IMG/VR virus record: IMGVR_UViG_3300024351_000643
Span: 1 to 63,721 of that record
Length of the DNA: 63,721 nucleotides
Reading direction: 5' to 3' (one strand)
Origin: a virus
Taxonomy: Duplodnaviria; Caudoviricetes
In this document: positions 8,910-17,651 of the stretch, in pieces
How the letters are laid out: each line of letters opens with the position of its first letter
Position numbering within the stretch: the stretch's first letter is position 1
Notes under the pieces: generated by a model
What the model was told of the DNA's origin: nothing
Seen by the model: only the letters and a program-made list of their open reading frames with translations
Databases searched by the model: none
Position numbers and translations under genes: made by a program

Positions 8910-9484
8910 TATAGCGTTTCCCCGCCCAAAGGTCTGTTGCAGGCACAAAGCTCTCCTGTTTGAAGAGCATCTAGAACTCGCAATGCTTCTTCTGGATTAC
9001 GACCTACGTCAAGGTTGTTTACAGTTACATGTTGAATAATATTATCTGGGTCAACAATAAATGTAGCACGTAAAGCAACTCCTTGTGGAGTAATAATTCC
9101 TAACTGATCAGCAAGTCCAGATAGCGACCTATCATTTTCTTCATCGTAAGACCAGCCACGGATTTGATCAGCAAACATCCATGAGTTTGTTTTCTTCAAA
9201 TCTTCGTGTGCATTTCTCCATGCAATCTTACAAAATTCATTATCTGTTGATCCAGTTAGCAGTACTGCGTCTCTGTCTTCAAAATCTTTTGCAAGCTTAT
9301 CATATGCAACAATTTCAGTTGGGCATACAAATGTAAAATCTTTTGGATAGTAAACAATTACTTTCCACTTTCCAGGAAAGGAATTTTCTGTTAGCGTTTC
9401 AAAAACATCATCAGACGCATCTAGTCTCCCTGGCTTTACTCCGACGATTGCAAAACCGTCAATTTTATCTCCAATTGTTTTCAT
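8909..9484 (-). CDS. ahpC: Peroxiredoxin AhpC (start refined to MKTIGD)
   Basis: YPKDFTFVCPTE, GRNPEEALRVLDALQ, LCACN; AGGAG SD. Confidence 0.95.
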   Translation of the reverse strand: MKTIGDKIDGFAIVGVKPGRLDASDDVFETLTENSFPGKWKVIVYYPKDFTFVCPTEIVAYDKLAKDFEDRDAVLLTGSTDNEFCKIAWRNAHEDLKKTNSWMFADQIRGWSYDEENDRSLSGLADQLGIITPQGVALRATFIVDPDNIIQHVTVNNLDVGRNPEEALRVLDALQTGELCACNRPLGGETL

Positions 9485-9500
9485 ATTTCTCCTTTGTATC

Positions 9501-9529
9501 AGTTTACTATTTTTAAATAGCATTGTCAA
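9501..9529 (-). promoter_or_regulatory. Sigma70-type promoter for ahpC-ahpD
   Basis: TTGACA-17 nt-TAAACT. Confidence 0.6.
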
Positions 9530-9537
9530 TAGCTTAG

Positions 9538-9611
9538 CGATCCATAACGGACTTGAACCGTCGACCTCTTCCGTGACAGGGAAGCGCTCTAACCAACTGA
9601 GCTAATGGACC
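9538..9611 (-). tRNA. tRNA-Asp(GTC)
   Basis: Cloverleaf; anticodon arm CTTCC-CTGTCAC-GGAAG; GTTCAAG T-loop. Confidence 0.95.
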
Positions 9612-9612
9612 A

Positions 9613-9687
9613 TGGAGCCCCATAACAGATTTGAACTGTTGACCTGCCGCTTACAAGGCGGCTGCTCTACCACTGAGCTAACAGGGC
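9613..9687 (-). tRNA. tRNA-Thr(TGT) with encoded CCA
   Basis: Anticodon arm GCCGC-CTTGTAA-GCGGC. Confidence 0.95.
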
Positions 9688-9689
9688 AA

Positions 9690-9856
9690 ATGCCATTCGT
9701 GCTATCACAGTTCTATTCGCTGTCCTTAAGCCAATGGCTGTTATACCTAGTAGGTTGGCAGAGCAATCTCCTTCGGGCTGAACCCCTTCGTATGATGCGC
9801 CTACAGAGTCGGTTTCGGTATAACCTATCTCCACATAGATTGTTCAGATCTATATT
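9690..9856 (-). ncRNA. Candidate ~165-nt structured ncRNA with a kissing loop
   Basis: Nested stems (GTTATACC/GGTATAAC, GTAGG/CCTAC, GCCATT/AATGGC) and complementary loops CTGAAC/GTTCAG. Confidence 0.6.
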
Positions 9857-9861
9857 TTGAG

Positions 9862-9934
9862 CTGGACCACCAGGGCTCGAACCTGGGACATTAGAGTTAA
9901 CAGCTCTACGCTCTGCCAACTGAGCTATGGTCCA
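9862..9934 (-). tRNA. tRNA-Asn(GTT)
   Basis: Anticodon arm TAGAG-CTGTTAA-CTCTA. Confidence 0.95.
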
Positions 9935-10025
9935 ATACTGGTTAGCGGCGCAGCCAGTCTGCGTGTTGTTCCTACATAGCCGTTTGATCGTGTCCTAGGA
10001 CATACAGTGACGGTTCTACCGCATG
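9935..10025 (-). ncRNA. Candidate structured tRNA-trailer RNA
   Basis: GC-rich spacer with stems CCGT/ACGG, TGTCC/GGACA, CGCAG/CTGCG, ACTGG/CCAGT. Confidence 0.4.
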
Positions 10026-10098
10026 CGCCCCTGAAAGGAATCGAACCTCTGACGCAGGCCTTAGAAGAGCCTCGCTCTATCCGCTGAGCTACAAGGGC
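10026..10098 (-). tRNA. tRNA-Arg(TCT)
   Basis: Anticodon arm AGGCT-CTTCTAA-GGCCT. Confidence 0.95.
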
Positions 10099-10111
10099 AA
10101 ATTATTATATC

Positions 10112-10396
10112 TTATTCGTCTAATTCTATCAATCCTAATTCTCTTGCAACTCTTTTTCCCTCATCACTTAATTCCATATGTGCTTCTAAGTTTTCATCGT
10201 ATTCTACATTTAGTAAACCTTTTTCAAATAAATCTATAAGCGTTGCATCCACAAAACTTGTATGAGCTTCCCATAACTCTGGGGCAAGCTCTTGTGCAAT
10301 TGGATCAATTGTGAAAATAAACTCTCCGTTATCGTCTATACCAGACATTTTGATTACACCCATTTCAACATACATATTTAATAACTCTTCGTCCAT
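10112..10396 (-). CDS. Acidic hypothetical protein
   Basis: ORF with GGAGG SD. Confidence 0.75.
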   Translation of the reverse strand: MDEELLNMYVEMGVIKMSGIDDNGEFIFTIDPIAQELAPELWEAHTSFVDATLIDLFEKGLLNVEYDENLEAHMELSDEGKRVARELGLIELDE

Positions 10397-10408
10397 TTTC
10401 CCCTCCTG

Positions 10409-10482
10409 TGCGCCAAATAGGACTTGAACCTATGATTACCGAATTATGAGTTCGGGGCTTTAACCAACTAAGCTATTGGCGC
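10409..10482 (-). tRNA. tRNA with CAT anticodon (elongator Met or lysidine-modified Ile2)
   Basis: Anticodon arm CCGAA-CTCATAA-TTCGG; paired G1-C72, so not an initiator. Confidence 0.9.
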
Positions 10483-10492
10483 CTAGTTAGTA

Positions 10493-10522
10493 ATTATAAT
10501 ATATGACATTAAATATTGTCAA
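10493..10522 (-). promoter_or_regulatory. Consensus sigma70 promoter for the tRNA cluster
   Basis: TTGACA-18 nt-TATAAT. Confidence 0.75.
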
Positions 10523-10742
10523 TAGTTTTTTCAACAGCCTGCTGAACGTATTCAGAAAAATGTTTTCTTATACTTCCCATCGGCCTCTTGCCGTAAGACT
10601 TCCATATTCTTTTATATTCAACTATATTATAATAAGTTGTTGGACATACAGTCTCTCCGTTATACTCTTTCATAACTGTTGGGAGTGGAACATGTTTTGT
10701 GCAACATTTACATAACTTTGCTTGTTCTTGATATTCACTCAT
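10509..10742 (-). CDS. Hypothetical Cys-containing protein
   Basis: ORF overlapping the terL stop. Confidence 0.7.
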   Translation of the reverse strand: MSEYQEQAKLCKCCTKHVPLPTVMKEYNGETVCPTTYYNIVEYKRIWKSYGKRPMGSIRKHFSEYVQQAVEKTIDNI

Positions 10743-12553
10743 ATTATTTGCATCCTATCCATAGCTTCTTTTAAATGTTCTGGCATTTTGGGGGCACGAA
10801 TCATATTATAGTGATGAACCTCTGCGTCTGCCTTTTTGCCAAAATCATCATCATAAGACATAGACTCATATGTATGTATGTCTATTTCTTGATTTACATT
10901 TGGCCTTGTCATACTAATTGCATTAAATATTGACCCGCAAACTGCGTCAGCCAAGTCTTTTGATCCTTTGCGTGGGTGATCAACTTTATCTTTCATTATT
11001 TTTAATTGTAACAATTCATCTATAAGTAAAGGTATATATGGACCTTTTAATCTTTCTTCAAGCACAACCATTGCCATATCGTCATAATGTTTTTTTGCTA
11101 CAGACAATATCTCAGTATTAATTCCATATTGTTTTAATTGCTGCATCATGTCATGAGAATTCCATCTATCAAAAGTACATAGTCTTATTTTAAAGCCAGC
11201 AGTTCTCAAAGCCAAGATGTAGTCTTTTACTTCTGTAAAGTCTACAGACTTGTCTGGTGTTGGCGTCCAGTATCTTACGGCATCAACTTCAACTATTGGG
11301 GCAGGCTGAGAGTAGCTGTCTGTTACCTTTACGTTAACCCACTTTTGAACATGTGACATAGAGACAGCACAGTGGTCATGTTTTTGCGCCAAGTCAACGT
11401 GTATAAAATATTCTTTGTCTGGATCTGGCGCAAACCAATTCTCCAGTCTTCCAAAAGAATCTACTGCAAGAGCAGTATTGCTAAACGCTTTTTCTATTTT
11501 TTCACGAGATTTAAAAAATGCATCTATCATCTCTGGAGGCATACATGCAAATCTTCCCAGAGCGTCTGGCATATTTTTATAAAACTCTACTTTATAATCT
11601 TCAATCTTTTTAGTTGGATTAACTTCCCAGGATGGTCTTTTAATTGCGTATACTTTTGGTATAGCATATGAAACAATGTGGTCCTCTTCCCACTCAACAA
11701 CTACCTCGTTTCCTGGTGTACCCTCTGGCAGATCCTCGTCCATTTTTAATGTAGCAGATCTAATAATTGTTTCTTTATCTGCTATAACTGAGTCATAAAA
11801 TTTTTGAATAGGATCATTTTTAAAACGAGGGAAGGAAAGCAATATAACCTTGCCATAGTCTGGAAAACGGGAAATTACTGATGCACGATACATATCATAT
11901 ATAGCGTCAGCTGTTTTTGCTTGATCGTGTCCTGTTGTGTTCTCTATTGCAAATCCTGAAATCTCATCAAGGATTACAGCAATAACGTTATATCCTTCCC
12001 AAGCTTCTCTTTGAGAGTGACCTGAGTGTACTGTTATGCTCTTATCAAATTTAATTTCTGATGCTTTTGCTTCATATTTACCTGCAAACCAAGGGCATCT
12101 GTCAACACGAGTTTTAAATCCTTTAAAGAAAACGTTGTTTGCTTGTTGTGCGTTAATAGCAATATTTAGAATATCAATTGTATCGCCTGGTGGCTTACCA
12201 TAATATGTTGCTGGGTCTTTTAAGCATAACAGAAGATAAACCATATACGATACTGAAATGGTAGCCGTATAGTCTTTTCCAGAACCCTTTCCGAGTTGAG
12301 CAATTACTTCATTGCATGTTTGTTTAAACATGCGCTTTCCTTCTTCTTCTCCAAACAGTTTAACCAAGGTTGATTCTTTATATATCTGAGAAGACTTTTC
12401 AATAAGAGTATATTGATAATCAGATAAAGGGGGAAGCCCTAAATAGTCTGGGCTTGTTACAAATGTACGTAGATCTACTGGACGTTCATCAAATTCTTCA
12501 CCGTCTAGTATATCTATTATGTCATTAAAATTAAATTCCAAATTCGGCTCCAT
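10739..12553 (-). CDS. terL: Terminase large subunit
   Basis: GKGSGKD Walker A, VILDE Walker B, HVDLA nuclease Asp, DHP..GSKDLADA. Confidence 0.92.
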   Translation of the reverse strand: MEPNLEFNFNDIIDILDGEEFDERPVDLRTFVTSPDYLGLPPLSDYQYTLIEKSSQIYKESTLVKLFGEEEGKRMFKQTCNEVIAQLGKGSGKDYTATISVSYMVYLLLCLKDPATYYGKPPGDTIDILNIAINAQQANNVFFKGFKTRVDRCPWFAGKYEAKASEIKFDKSITVHSGHSQREAWEGYNVIAVILDEISGFAIENTTGHDQAKTADAIYDMYRASVISRFPDYGKVILLSFPRFKNDPIQKFYDSVIADKETIIRSATLKMDEDLPEGTPGNEVVVEWEEDHIVSYAIPKVYAIKRPSWEVNPTKKIEDYKVEFYKNMPDALGRFACMPPEMIDAFFKSREKIEKAFSNTALAVDSFGRLENWFAPDPDKEYFIHVDLAQKHDHCAVSMSHVQKWVNVKVTDSYSQPAPIVEVDAVRYWTPTPDKSVDFTEVKDYILALRTAGFKIRLCTFDRWNSHDMMQQLKQYGINTEILSVAKKHYDDMAMVVLEERLKGPYIPLLIDELLQLKIMKDKVDHPRKGSKDLADAVCGSIFNAISMTRPNVNQEIDIHTYESMSYDDDFGKKADAEVHHYNMIRAPKMPEHLKEAMDRMQII

Positions 12554-13142
12554 GCAGGTTAGTTTTTACAAAAGATTCTGGAACCTTTACCATTTTATAT
12601 ATATGATTAGAATGTGTATATCTAACTTCACTAAGCAGCTCATTTACTCCATGCAAACAATCTTGTCCCGCCCCATGTATTACAAGATCACCTTTTACTG
12701 GATGATACTCTATACCCTTTTCTGGATAAAAAAGTGATCCTCCTTCAAAATTATTAAAATAAAGTATCATTCCTGCTACATTTAATTGCTCAAGCTTAAA
12801 AGGCTCACCTTCTTTATATAAATATGCAGCTTCTTTTACATCAAGAAAATCATGCTCGTCTGTATGCACTCCCCAAGTTGAGCCCTTAAGCATTCTTATT
12901 GGGTTTACATTTGTTCCTACGTAATATCCCTCTTCAAGCAAAGATTGAACTCTTTCCCTGATTTTAGCTATTATGTCTATAGAGATAGTTCTTTTGTGCC
13001 CAGATCTTTCATCTCCAATCCAAGCATCTTCGCTAAGATTAGAAACAATATCTAAAATACTATTGCACTCTTCTTCTGTAACAAAATTATGATAAACATA
13101 AATATTTTCATGAATTTTTTCTGCGTTATCTGTTTTTAACAT
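12531..13142 (-). CDS. 2OG-Fe(II) oxygenase
   Basis: HTD...YFNNFEGG...HGV...RYT. Confidence 0.85.
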   Translation of the reverse strand: MLKTDNAEKIHENIYVYHNFVTEEECNSILDIVSNLSEDAWIGDERSGHKRTISIDIIAKIRERVQSLLEEGYYVGTNVNPIRMLKGSTWGVHTDEHDFLDVKEAAYLYKEGEPFKLEQLNVAGMILYFNNFEGGSLFYPEKGIEYHPVKGDLVIHGAGQDCLHGVNELLSEVRYTHSNHIYKMVKVPESFVKTNLHGAEFGI

Positions 13143-13681
13143 TATGCCACCCCGTTATCTTCATGTATTACTATTGGCTCAACTACACCCGTTATCTGGG
13201 AAAGTCTTTTTGCAACCTCTAGTTTACAATGAGAGCATTGGGCCGTTACATCTTTTAATATTCCGACCAAGACCTCTTGTTTTTTTTCATTTTCTGCTAT
13301 TTGTGCAGCAATTTCATTATTTTCTAAAACACCTACAGATTGAAGCATTGCAATTCTTTTTGTTTCTATATCCGCAATTAGCTTTAATGCGGTAGCCTTT
13401 ACATTTAAAGCATCTTGTATATCAGCTTGCTGTACAGTTTTCCATGCCTCATTAATTAGCATCGCATAGTGTTGGTCTGCTCCAGAGATTGCTTCTCTTG
13501 CTCTATCTCTTATATTGTTGTCATTATGGACAATAGACTTCCACTCGTCTACTAACTCCACCACTTCTTTTCTTGTAAGTCCAGTAATGGTGGCAATTTG
13601 TGTAGCAGAATTACCCTTAAGCAACTCCTCTACAACTTTATTCATTCGGTCAAAATGTACCGCTGGCTCAATTTCACTCAT
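13142..13681 (-). CDS. Probable terminase small subunit
   Basis: N-terminal HTH plus helical region; lies upstream of terL. Confidence 0.55.
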   Translation of the reverse strand: MSEIEPAVHFDRMNKVVEELLKGNSATQIATITGLTRKEVVELVDEWKSIVHNDNNIRDRAREAISGADQHYAMLINEAWKTVQQADIQDALNVKATALKLIADIETKRIAMLQSVGVLENNEIAAQIAENEKKQEVLVGILKDVTAQCSHCKLEVAKRLSQITGVVEPIVIHEDNGVA

Positions 13682-13712
13682 AAGTTTATTATACCATCTT
13701 AGTTGACTAAAA

Positions 13713-14042
13713 TCATTCAGACTTTGACTTGGCTATTTTAAGCAGCACCAAATATCCGATTAGGTCATCAATATCATTGTCTCCTGGATATTCTGTACCC
13801 TTCATAAGTCTATTTAGCTTATCATCAATACGAACGTGGAGCTGCTCTCTTGGCCCCGCCTTTGAAAATATACGCACAGGATCAAGTGCTGAGTTGCCAT
13901 AAGCAATATTCTTTTTTACCAACATGTGTGCAATTTCATGACAGGTTTCCCAAATTTCTTTTCCTGCTTCTGTGCCAACTGTAAGTAAATATAAATCCTG
14001 ACAGTTAAAATTTTCTACATCTGGAAATACTGGTTCTAACAT
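13713..14042 (-). CDS. DUF1599/nucleotide-modification-associated-like protein
   Basis: KKNIAYGNS...VRIDDKLNR...DDLIGY. Confidence 0.6.
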   Translation of the reverse strand: MLEPVFPDVENFNCQDLYLLTVGTEAGKEIWETCHEIAHMLVKKNIAYGNSALDPVRIFSKAGPREQLHVRIDDKLNRLMKGTEYPGDNDIDDLIGYLVLLKIAKSKSE

Positions 14043-14188
14043 TACCGCCTCTTTATCAATTTAAATTGTTCTAAGTATCTCTGTATCGTCATAGCAGAGA
14101 CATTGCATTCTTTTGCAATTTCTGTAACCGTTTTCTTCTGTACTATATACCTTCTATATAGCCACTCTTTACTTTGATATAGTTTCAT
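14042..14188 (-). CDS. Small HTH DNA-binding protein, 48 aa (MKLYQSKEWLYRRY...TEIAKECNVSAMTIQRYL); not in ORF track
   Basis: Manual translation; overlaps both neighbours; HTH pattern. Confidence 0.8.
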   Translation of the reverse strand: MKLYQSKEWLYRRYIVQKKTVTEIAKECNVSAMTIQRYLEQFKLIKRR

Positions 14189-14751
14189 CGTTTTGTAAGA
14201 ACCTCATTTGCATAATAAGCAATTCCAAAAGAATCTGCTACATCAAAATCCTCTAAATTAAGATTATATTTTTTATTAAAATAATCTGCTGTTCTTTGTT
14301 TACGCATATTTCTTAGTTGGTTTTTATACCATGATTCAGCATATCCTGGATTGGCCAACCTTATTGCAGACTTTTCATCTTTCGTCGGATTTTTGTTGCC
14401 AATGTGCGCCTGCCACGAGGTAGGGCTAATTGTAATAACCTTAGCGCCAGTAGACATAAGCTCAGCAATAACAACTCCATAGACATACGATAATTTTATC
14501 ACAGCATCTGGTGATCTGACAAGTACTGCACCCTCTACCGCAATATAATCAGACTTTAGCTCATCTAGCATTATAGACATTTTATTTTTTGCATCATATA
14601 TTTTTTCATATATGTCTGCACCTTCAATATTTATCTTTCCCCACTTTAAAGGAATATTGTTTTCAAGCAAACAAAAAGCAATAGAGTTTGTAGAAGCATC
14701 TATCCCTAAAACTCTGTAAGCTTTAGTTTTAATCAATTCGTTTAATCTCAT
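14185..14751 (-). CDS. ruvC: RuvC-like Holliday junction resolvase
   Basis: VLGIDAS, IAVEG, DVADSFGIA. Confidence 0.75.
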   Translation of the reverse strand: MRLNELIKTKAYRVLGIDASTNSIAFCLLENNIPLKWGKINIEGADIYEKIYDAKNKMSIMLDELKSDYIAVEGAVLVRSPDAVIKLSYVYGVVIAELMSTGAKVITISPTSWQAHIGNKNPTKDEKSAIRLANPGYAESWYKNQLRNMRKQRTADYFNKKYNLNLEDFDVADSFGIAYYANEVLTKR

Positions 14752-15016
14752 CGATTAATACTTTTACCTTTCCTTTAGACTTTGAATTAGATTTTTGCTC
14801 ACAGTCATGACATATATCAATGCTATTGTACCTGCTTAACTTTATTTTGCACTTTTTACATTTTCTTAAAGCGCCATTTTTAATTGCTTTTTTTTCATAA
14901 TATTTTTCCATGATTCTTTTATTTGTGGCAATTCTGCAGCAATCATCAGAACAATACTTTTGGTTATGTGTTTTTGGCTCAAACTCTATTGAACAGTCTT
15001 TGTTAAAACAAATCAT
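14729..15016 (-). CDS. Cys-rich zinc-binding hypothetical protein
   Basis: Multiple CxxC-like motifs. Confidence 0.7.
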   Translation of the reverse strand: MICFNKDCSIEFEPKTHNQKYCSDDCCRIATNKRIMEKYYEKKAIKNGALRKCKKCKIKLSRYNSIDICHDCEQKSNSKSKGKVKVLIDEIKRID

Positions 15017-15804
15017 AGCGCTGGAACCTCATAAAGTTCGATTTGAACTGTTCCATTTGGTGAGTCTTTAGCCCAACATTGTTTTTTAATTGGACAATAA
15101 GTGCAAGGCATCTTTGTTTTAGTTGCACCAGCTGGCCTCATTGGGAGATCGCCATCTTTAAAGTTATCATAAACCTCTTGCATCCAAAGGAATAGATCTT
15201 CTATAATCTTTTTATTTTTTTCATTCATGGAAATTGGAATGATTAAAATTTCTTGAGTGTTTTTATTTTCATACAGGAAAAAACCTTCTTTAGCGTTTTT
15301 TAATTTCATGTATGTCAATAACTGAAGGGTATGATTAACTGAGGGCTTCATTTCAGCTTGTCTTGTATCCCAAACTTCTTGTTTAGCCGTCTTTATTTCA
15401 CCAAGCACAATTTCATTATCATACTCCATAATTAAATCTATAAAACCACGAATTGGTGGGTACTCGTTTATAATCTCTTCTTCTTCTGCCCTAAACTGTG
15501 GCATTGTAGAGATTAGCTTTTGTAGTCTTTCATGAGCTTGTGTGCCCTGTGCCATATTAGCAACTGCTACTGCATCGTTGTCATCTATAAACATTGCCCC
15601 GCTAAATGCCATGTACCAGTATCTTGGACAATTGCCATGTCCGTATCCAAGCGAACTTGGGCTAAATGATTTTTTTGTCATCTCTCCATCTGCACGTTTA
15701 GTATTTCGGTAAGACTCATCAAGCAACTGTGCAAATAGTTCTGGATCAAAATGCTTGCCTGTATGCTTTTTAAACTTTAAATTCTTTACGATATCTCTAG
15801 CCAT
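15013..15804 (-). CDS. Cas4/RecB-like PD-(D/E)XK exonuclease (start refined to MARDIVK)
   Basis: CPR, GTQAHE, GFIDL, EIKT, QLLTY, C-terminal CxxCxxxxxC. Confidence 0.8.
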   Translation of the reverse strand: MARDIVKNLKFKKHTGKHFDPELFAQLLDESYRNTKRADGEMTKKSFSPSSLGYGHGNCPRYWYMAFSGAMFIDDNDAVAVANMAQGTQAHERLQKLISTMPQFRAEEEEIINEYPPIRGFIDLIMEYDNEIVLGEIKTAKQEVWDTRQAEMKPSVNHTLQLLTYMKLKNAKEGFFLYENKNTQEILIIPISMNEKNKKIIEDLFLWMQEVYDNFKDGDLPMRPAGATKTKMPCTYCPIKKQCWAKDSPNGTVQIELYEVPAL

Positions 15805-16297
15805 TAGTCGGCACCCATAATTTTTCTTTTCCCTTATTGTGGTATCTTGCCATAACAAATAGAAGGTCTGACAAACGATTTAAATACTTAGGTATATTAT
15901 GATTAATATTATTAAGCTTCCATACTTCTCGCTCTGCACGTCTTACTATGGTTCTAGCATTATGCAGTGGACCAGTAGGCAAAACAAATGACCTAAGTGG
16001 CTCAAGATATTCATTATAGTCATCAATAACATTTTCCAAATACATGATTCTATTTTCAGAAATACTGATTGTTTTTGCTCCAGATAATTCTGCACCTAGA
16101 TCAAAAAGGTCGCCTTGGACTCTTTCAAGGATGTCATTGTATTCGTCTGTTGCCATTCCGATAGCTGAGTTTGCCTCATCTACTGCACCAATTGCTTGCA
16201 TTACTGGGTCTGTTTTAGACAACCTCTCATTATTTGCATTTGAAGTCTGTCCATCATCACCAGTCTTAGTATAAATTTTAGTTAAATGTACCATCAT
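15797..16297 (-). CDS. pduO: ATP:cob(I)alamin adenosyltransferase, PduO type
   Basis: KIYTKTGDDG, GAVDEANS, ARTIVRRAER, YLNRLSDLLF. Confidence 0.93.
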   Translation of the reverse strand: MMVHLTKIYTKTGDDGQTSNANNERLSKTDPVMQAIGAVDEANSAIGMATDEYNDILERVQGDLFDLGAELSGAKTISISENRIMYLENVIDDYNEYLEPLRSFVLPTGPLHNARTIVRRAEREVWKLNNINHNIPKYLNRLSDLLFVMARYHNKGKEKLWVPTNG

Positions 16298-16629
16298 GAA
16301 TTATACCTAACGACATACTTAAGAGCATCTACAAGTTTGTCTATGGACTCCTTTACAGAATAATATACATTCTTTTTATTATTGTTTACTGTTCCAGCTT
16401 TGTCTTTAGCAATTGTTGAATAAACAGAAGCCATTACGGCAAACTTTGTAGACATGGCTTGAAGTTCCATAATAAGAATAGGTGCTTTGGCAGATGGAAC
16501 CTCTGGGTTCATTAAAATTTTTACCACTATGGCAAGTGCTTTATCAAGATGCTCATCCTTCATGTATTCATGAAGATCATTGAACTCTGTTATATCACTA
16601 ATTAATTGAAGTGTATTTTTATCTTCCAT
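16294..16629 (-). CDS. Hypothetical protein
   Basis: ORF in a tightly packed operon. Confidence 0.75.
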   Translation of the reverse strand: MEDKNTLQLISDITEFNDLHEYMKDEHLDKALAIVVKILMNPEVPSAKAPILIMELQAMSTKFAVMASVYSTIAKDKAGTVNNNKKNVYYSVKESIDKLVDALKYVVRYNS

Positions 16630-16723
16630 TTCCTTTTACCTTTCTATCTAACATATCAATAAATAACCCTAAAGGATATCCTATTATAAAGCCTATGCAT
16701 ATACCAAACAACAACATTGTCAT
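16619..16723 (-). CDS. 34-aa single-TM peptide (MTMLLFGICIGFIIGYPLG...); not in ORF track
   Basis: Manual translation; fills the gap with TAATG coupling. Confidence 0.55.
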   Translation of the reverse strand: MTMLLFGICIGFIIGYPLGLFIDMLDRKVKGNGR

Positions 16724-17493
16724 TAGAAATATAACCTCCATACCCCATCACATTTTTTAGCAAAAATTTGAACAGTAACTCTTCTATCTTTTATAGATAA
16801 ATTTGTTCCATGTGCAACTGCATGAAATTGTGGACCGTCTTGAACAATTGCTTTACCGACAGAGTATTCTACAACATTTGGAATTTTATTAACAATATTA
16901 CTGTTTAAATGATTTGCACTCTCTGGATTTAAATTAAAATCAGAGTACTTGACTGAATTTGCCCATTCTGAACTTGAATAAAATCCTTGATCTGGCTGAT
17001 CCCAAATAAACATTCCAGATCCACTTTTTGGTAACTCTAAAGCAATAGTAATTCCTATTACATTGTCGTGATCAACTTTTTTAAAAGTGTTCCAGTAGTA
17101 GTCGAGGTGCTCAAATCTTCCATCTTTATGAATTTTAGAAAATCCATTGTTTCTACTTTGAACCCCTTTGTGTTCCGTGTATATAAAAAACCCTGGTATT
17201 GGTACATCGGTTGCAAGTTCACATTTTCCGTACAGTTCTGAAAATTTTGAAATGATTGATGTATACATAAAATGAAAATTTTCTTTTAACATTTTATTGC
17301 TATTGTGTGTTAGACTTATTGTATTGTCATCATAATTAACACAATCGATAGAAGACTCTTGGCCTAATGTAAAAAAATTAACAGAATCAGTAATTATTCT
17401 TTTTGTCCATTTATCCTCTAAAGAATCAACAATATTTAAAATTTCAGCAACTTCTTGTTCAGTAAAGAAATTTATTAATTTATGTGTTGCCAT
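16723..17493 (-). CDS. Divergent 2OG-Fe(II) oxygenase (start refined to MATHKL)
   Basis: IHKD...TIALELP..GSG...FHAV...RRVTVQ. Confidence 0.7.
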   Translation of the reverse strand: MATHKLINFFTEQEVAEILNIVDSLEDKWTKRIITDSVNFFTLGQESSIDCVNYDDNTISLTHNSNKMLKENFHFMYTSIISKFSELYGKCELATDVPIPGFFIYTEHKGVQSRNNGFSKIHKDGRFEHLDYYWNTFKKVDHDNVIGITIALELPKSGSGMFIWDQPDQGFYSSSEWANSVKYSDFNLNPESANHLNSNIVNKIPNVVEYSVGKAIVQDGPQFHAVAHGTNLSIKDRRVTVQIFAKKCDGVWRLYF

Positions 17494-17651
17494 TAAATAA
17501 ACTTCCCCATAACTACTGCGCCTAACCAAAGGCCTACTATGCCCATAACTGCAGAAAAAACAGGTGGTGCTGGAACTGGTAATCTTAGCAATACAAAAAG
17601 GGCACCAATTGCTGCACCAGCTGCGGTTGTTTTTAAAATTTCAAATATCAT
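17493..17651 (-). CDS. XapX/DUF1427-like small membrane protein, 52 aa; not in ORF track
   Basis: GALFVLLRLPVPAPPVFSAVMGIVGLWLG signature. Confidence 0.75.
   Translation of the reverse strand: MIFEILKTTAAGAAIGALFVLLRLPVPAPPVFSAVMGIVGLWLGAVVMGKFI

Noticed and set aside
9700-9835. Glycine riboswitch resemblance (CCGAAGGAG...CTCTG, AAGGACAG)
   Set aside because: The conserved CUCUCAGG core and stem register are missing, and the downstream gene is a tRNA
9612-9919. ORFs 9612..9860 (+) and 9713..9919 (-)
   Set aside because: They overlap tRNAs and the structured RNA and have no protein features
15013-15804. CRISPR-associated cas4
   Set aside because: No other cas genes or array are present; solo Cas4-like nucleases are common in phage recombination modules
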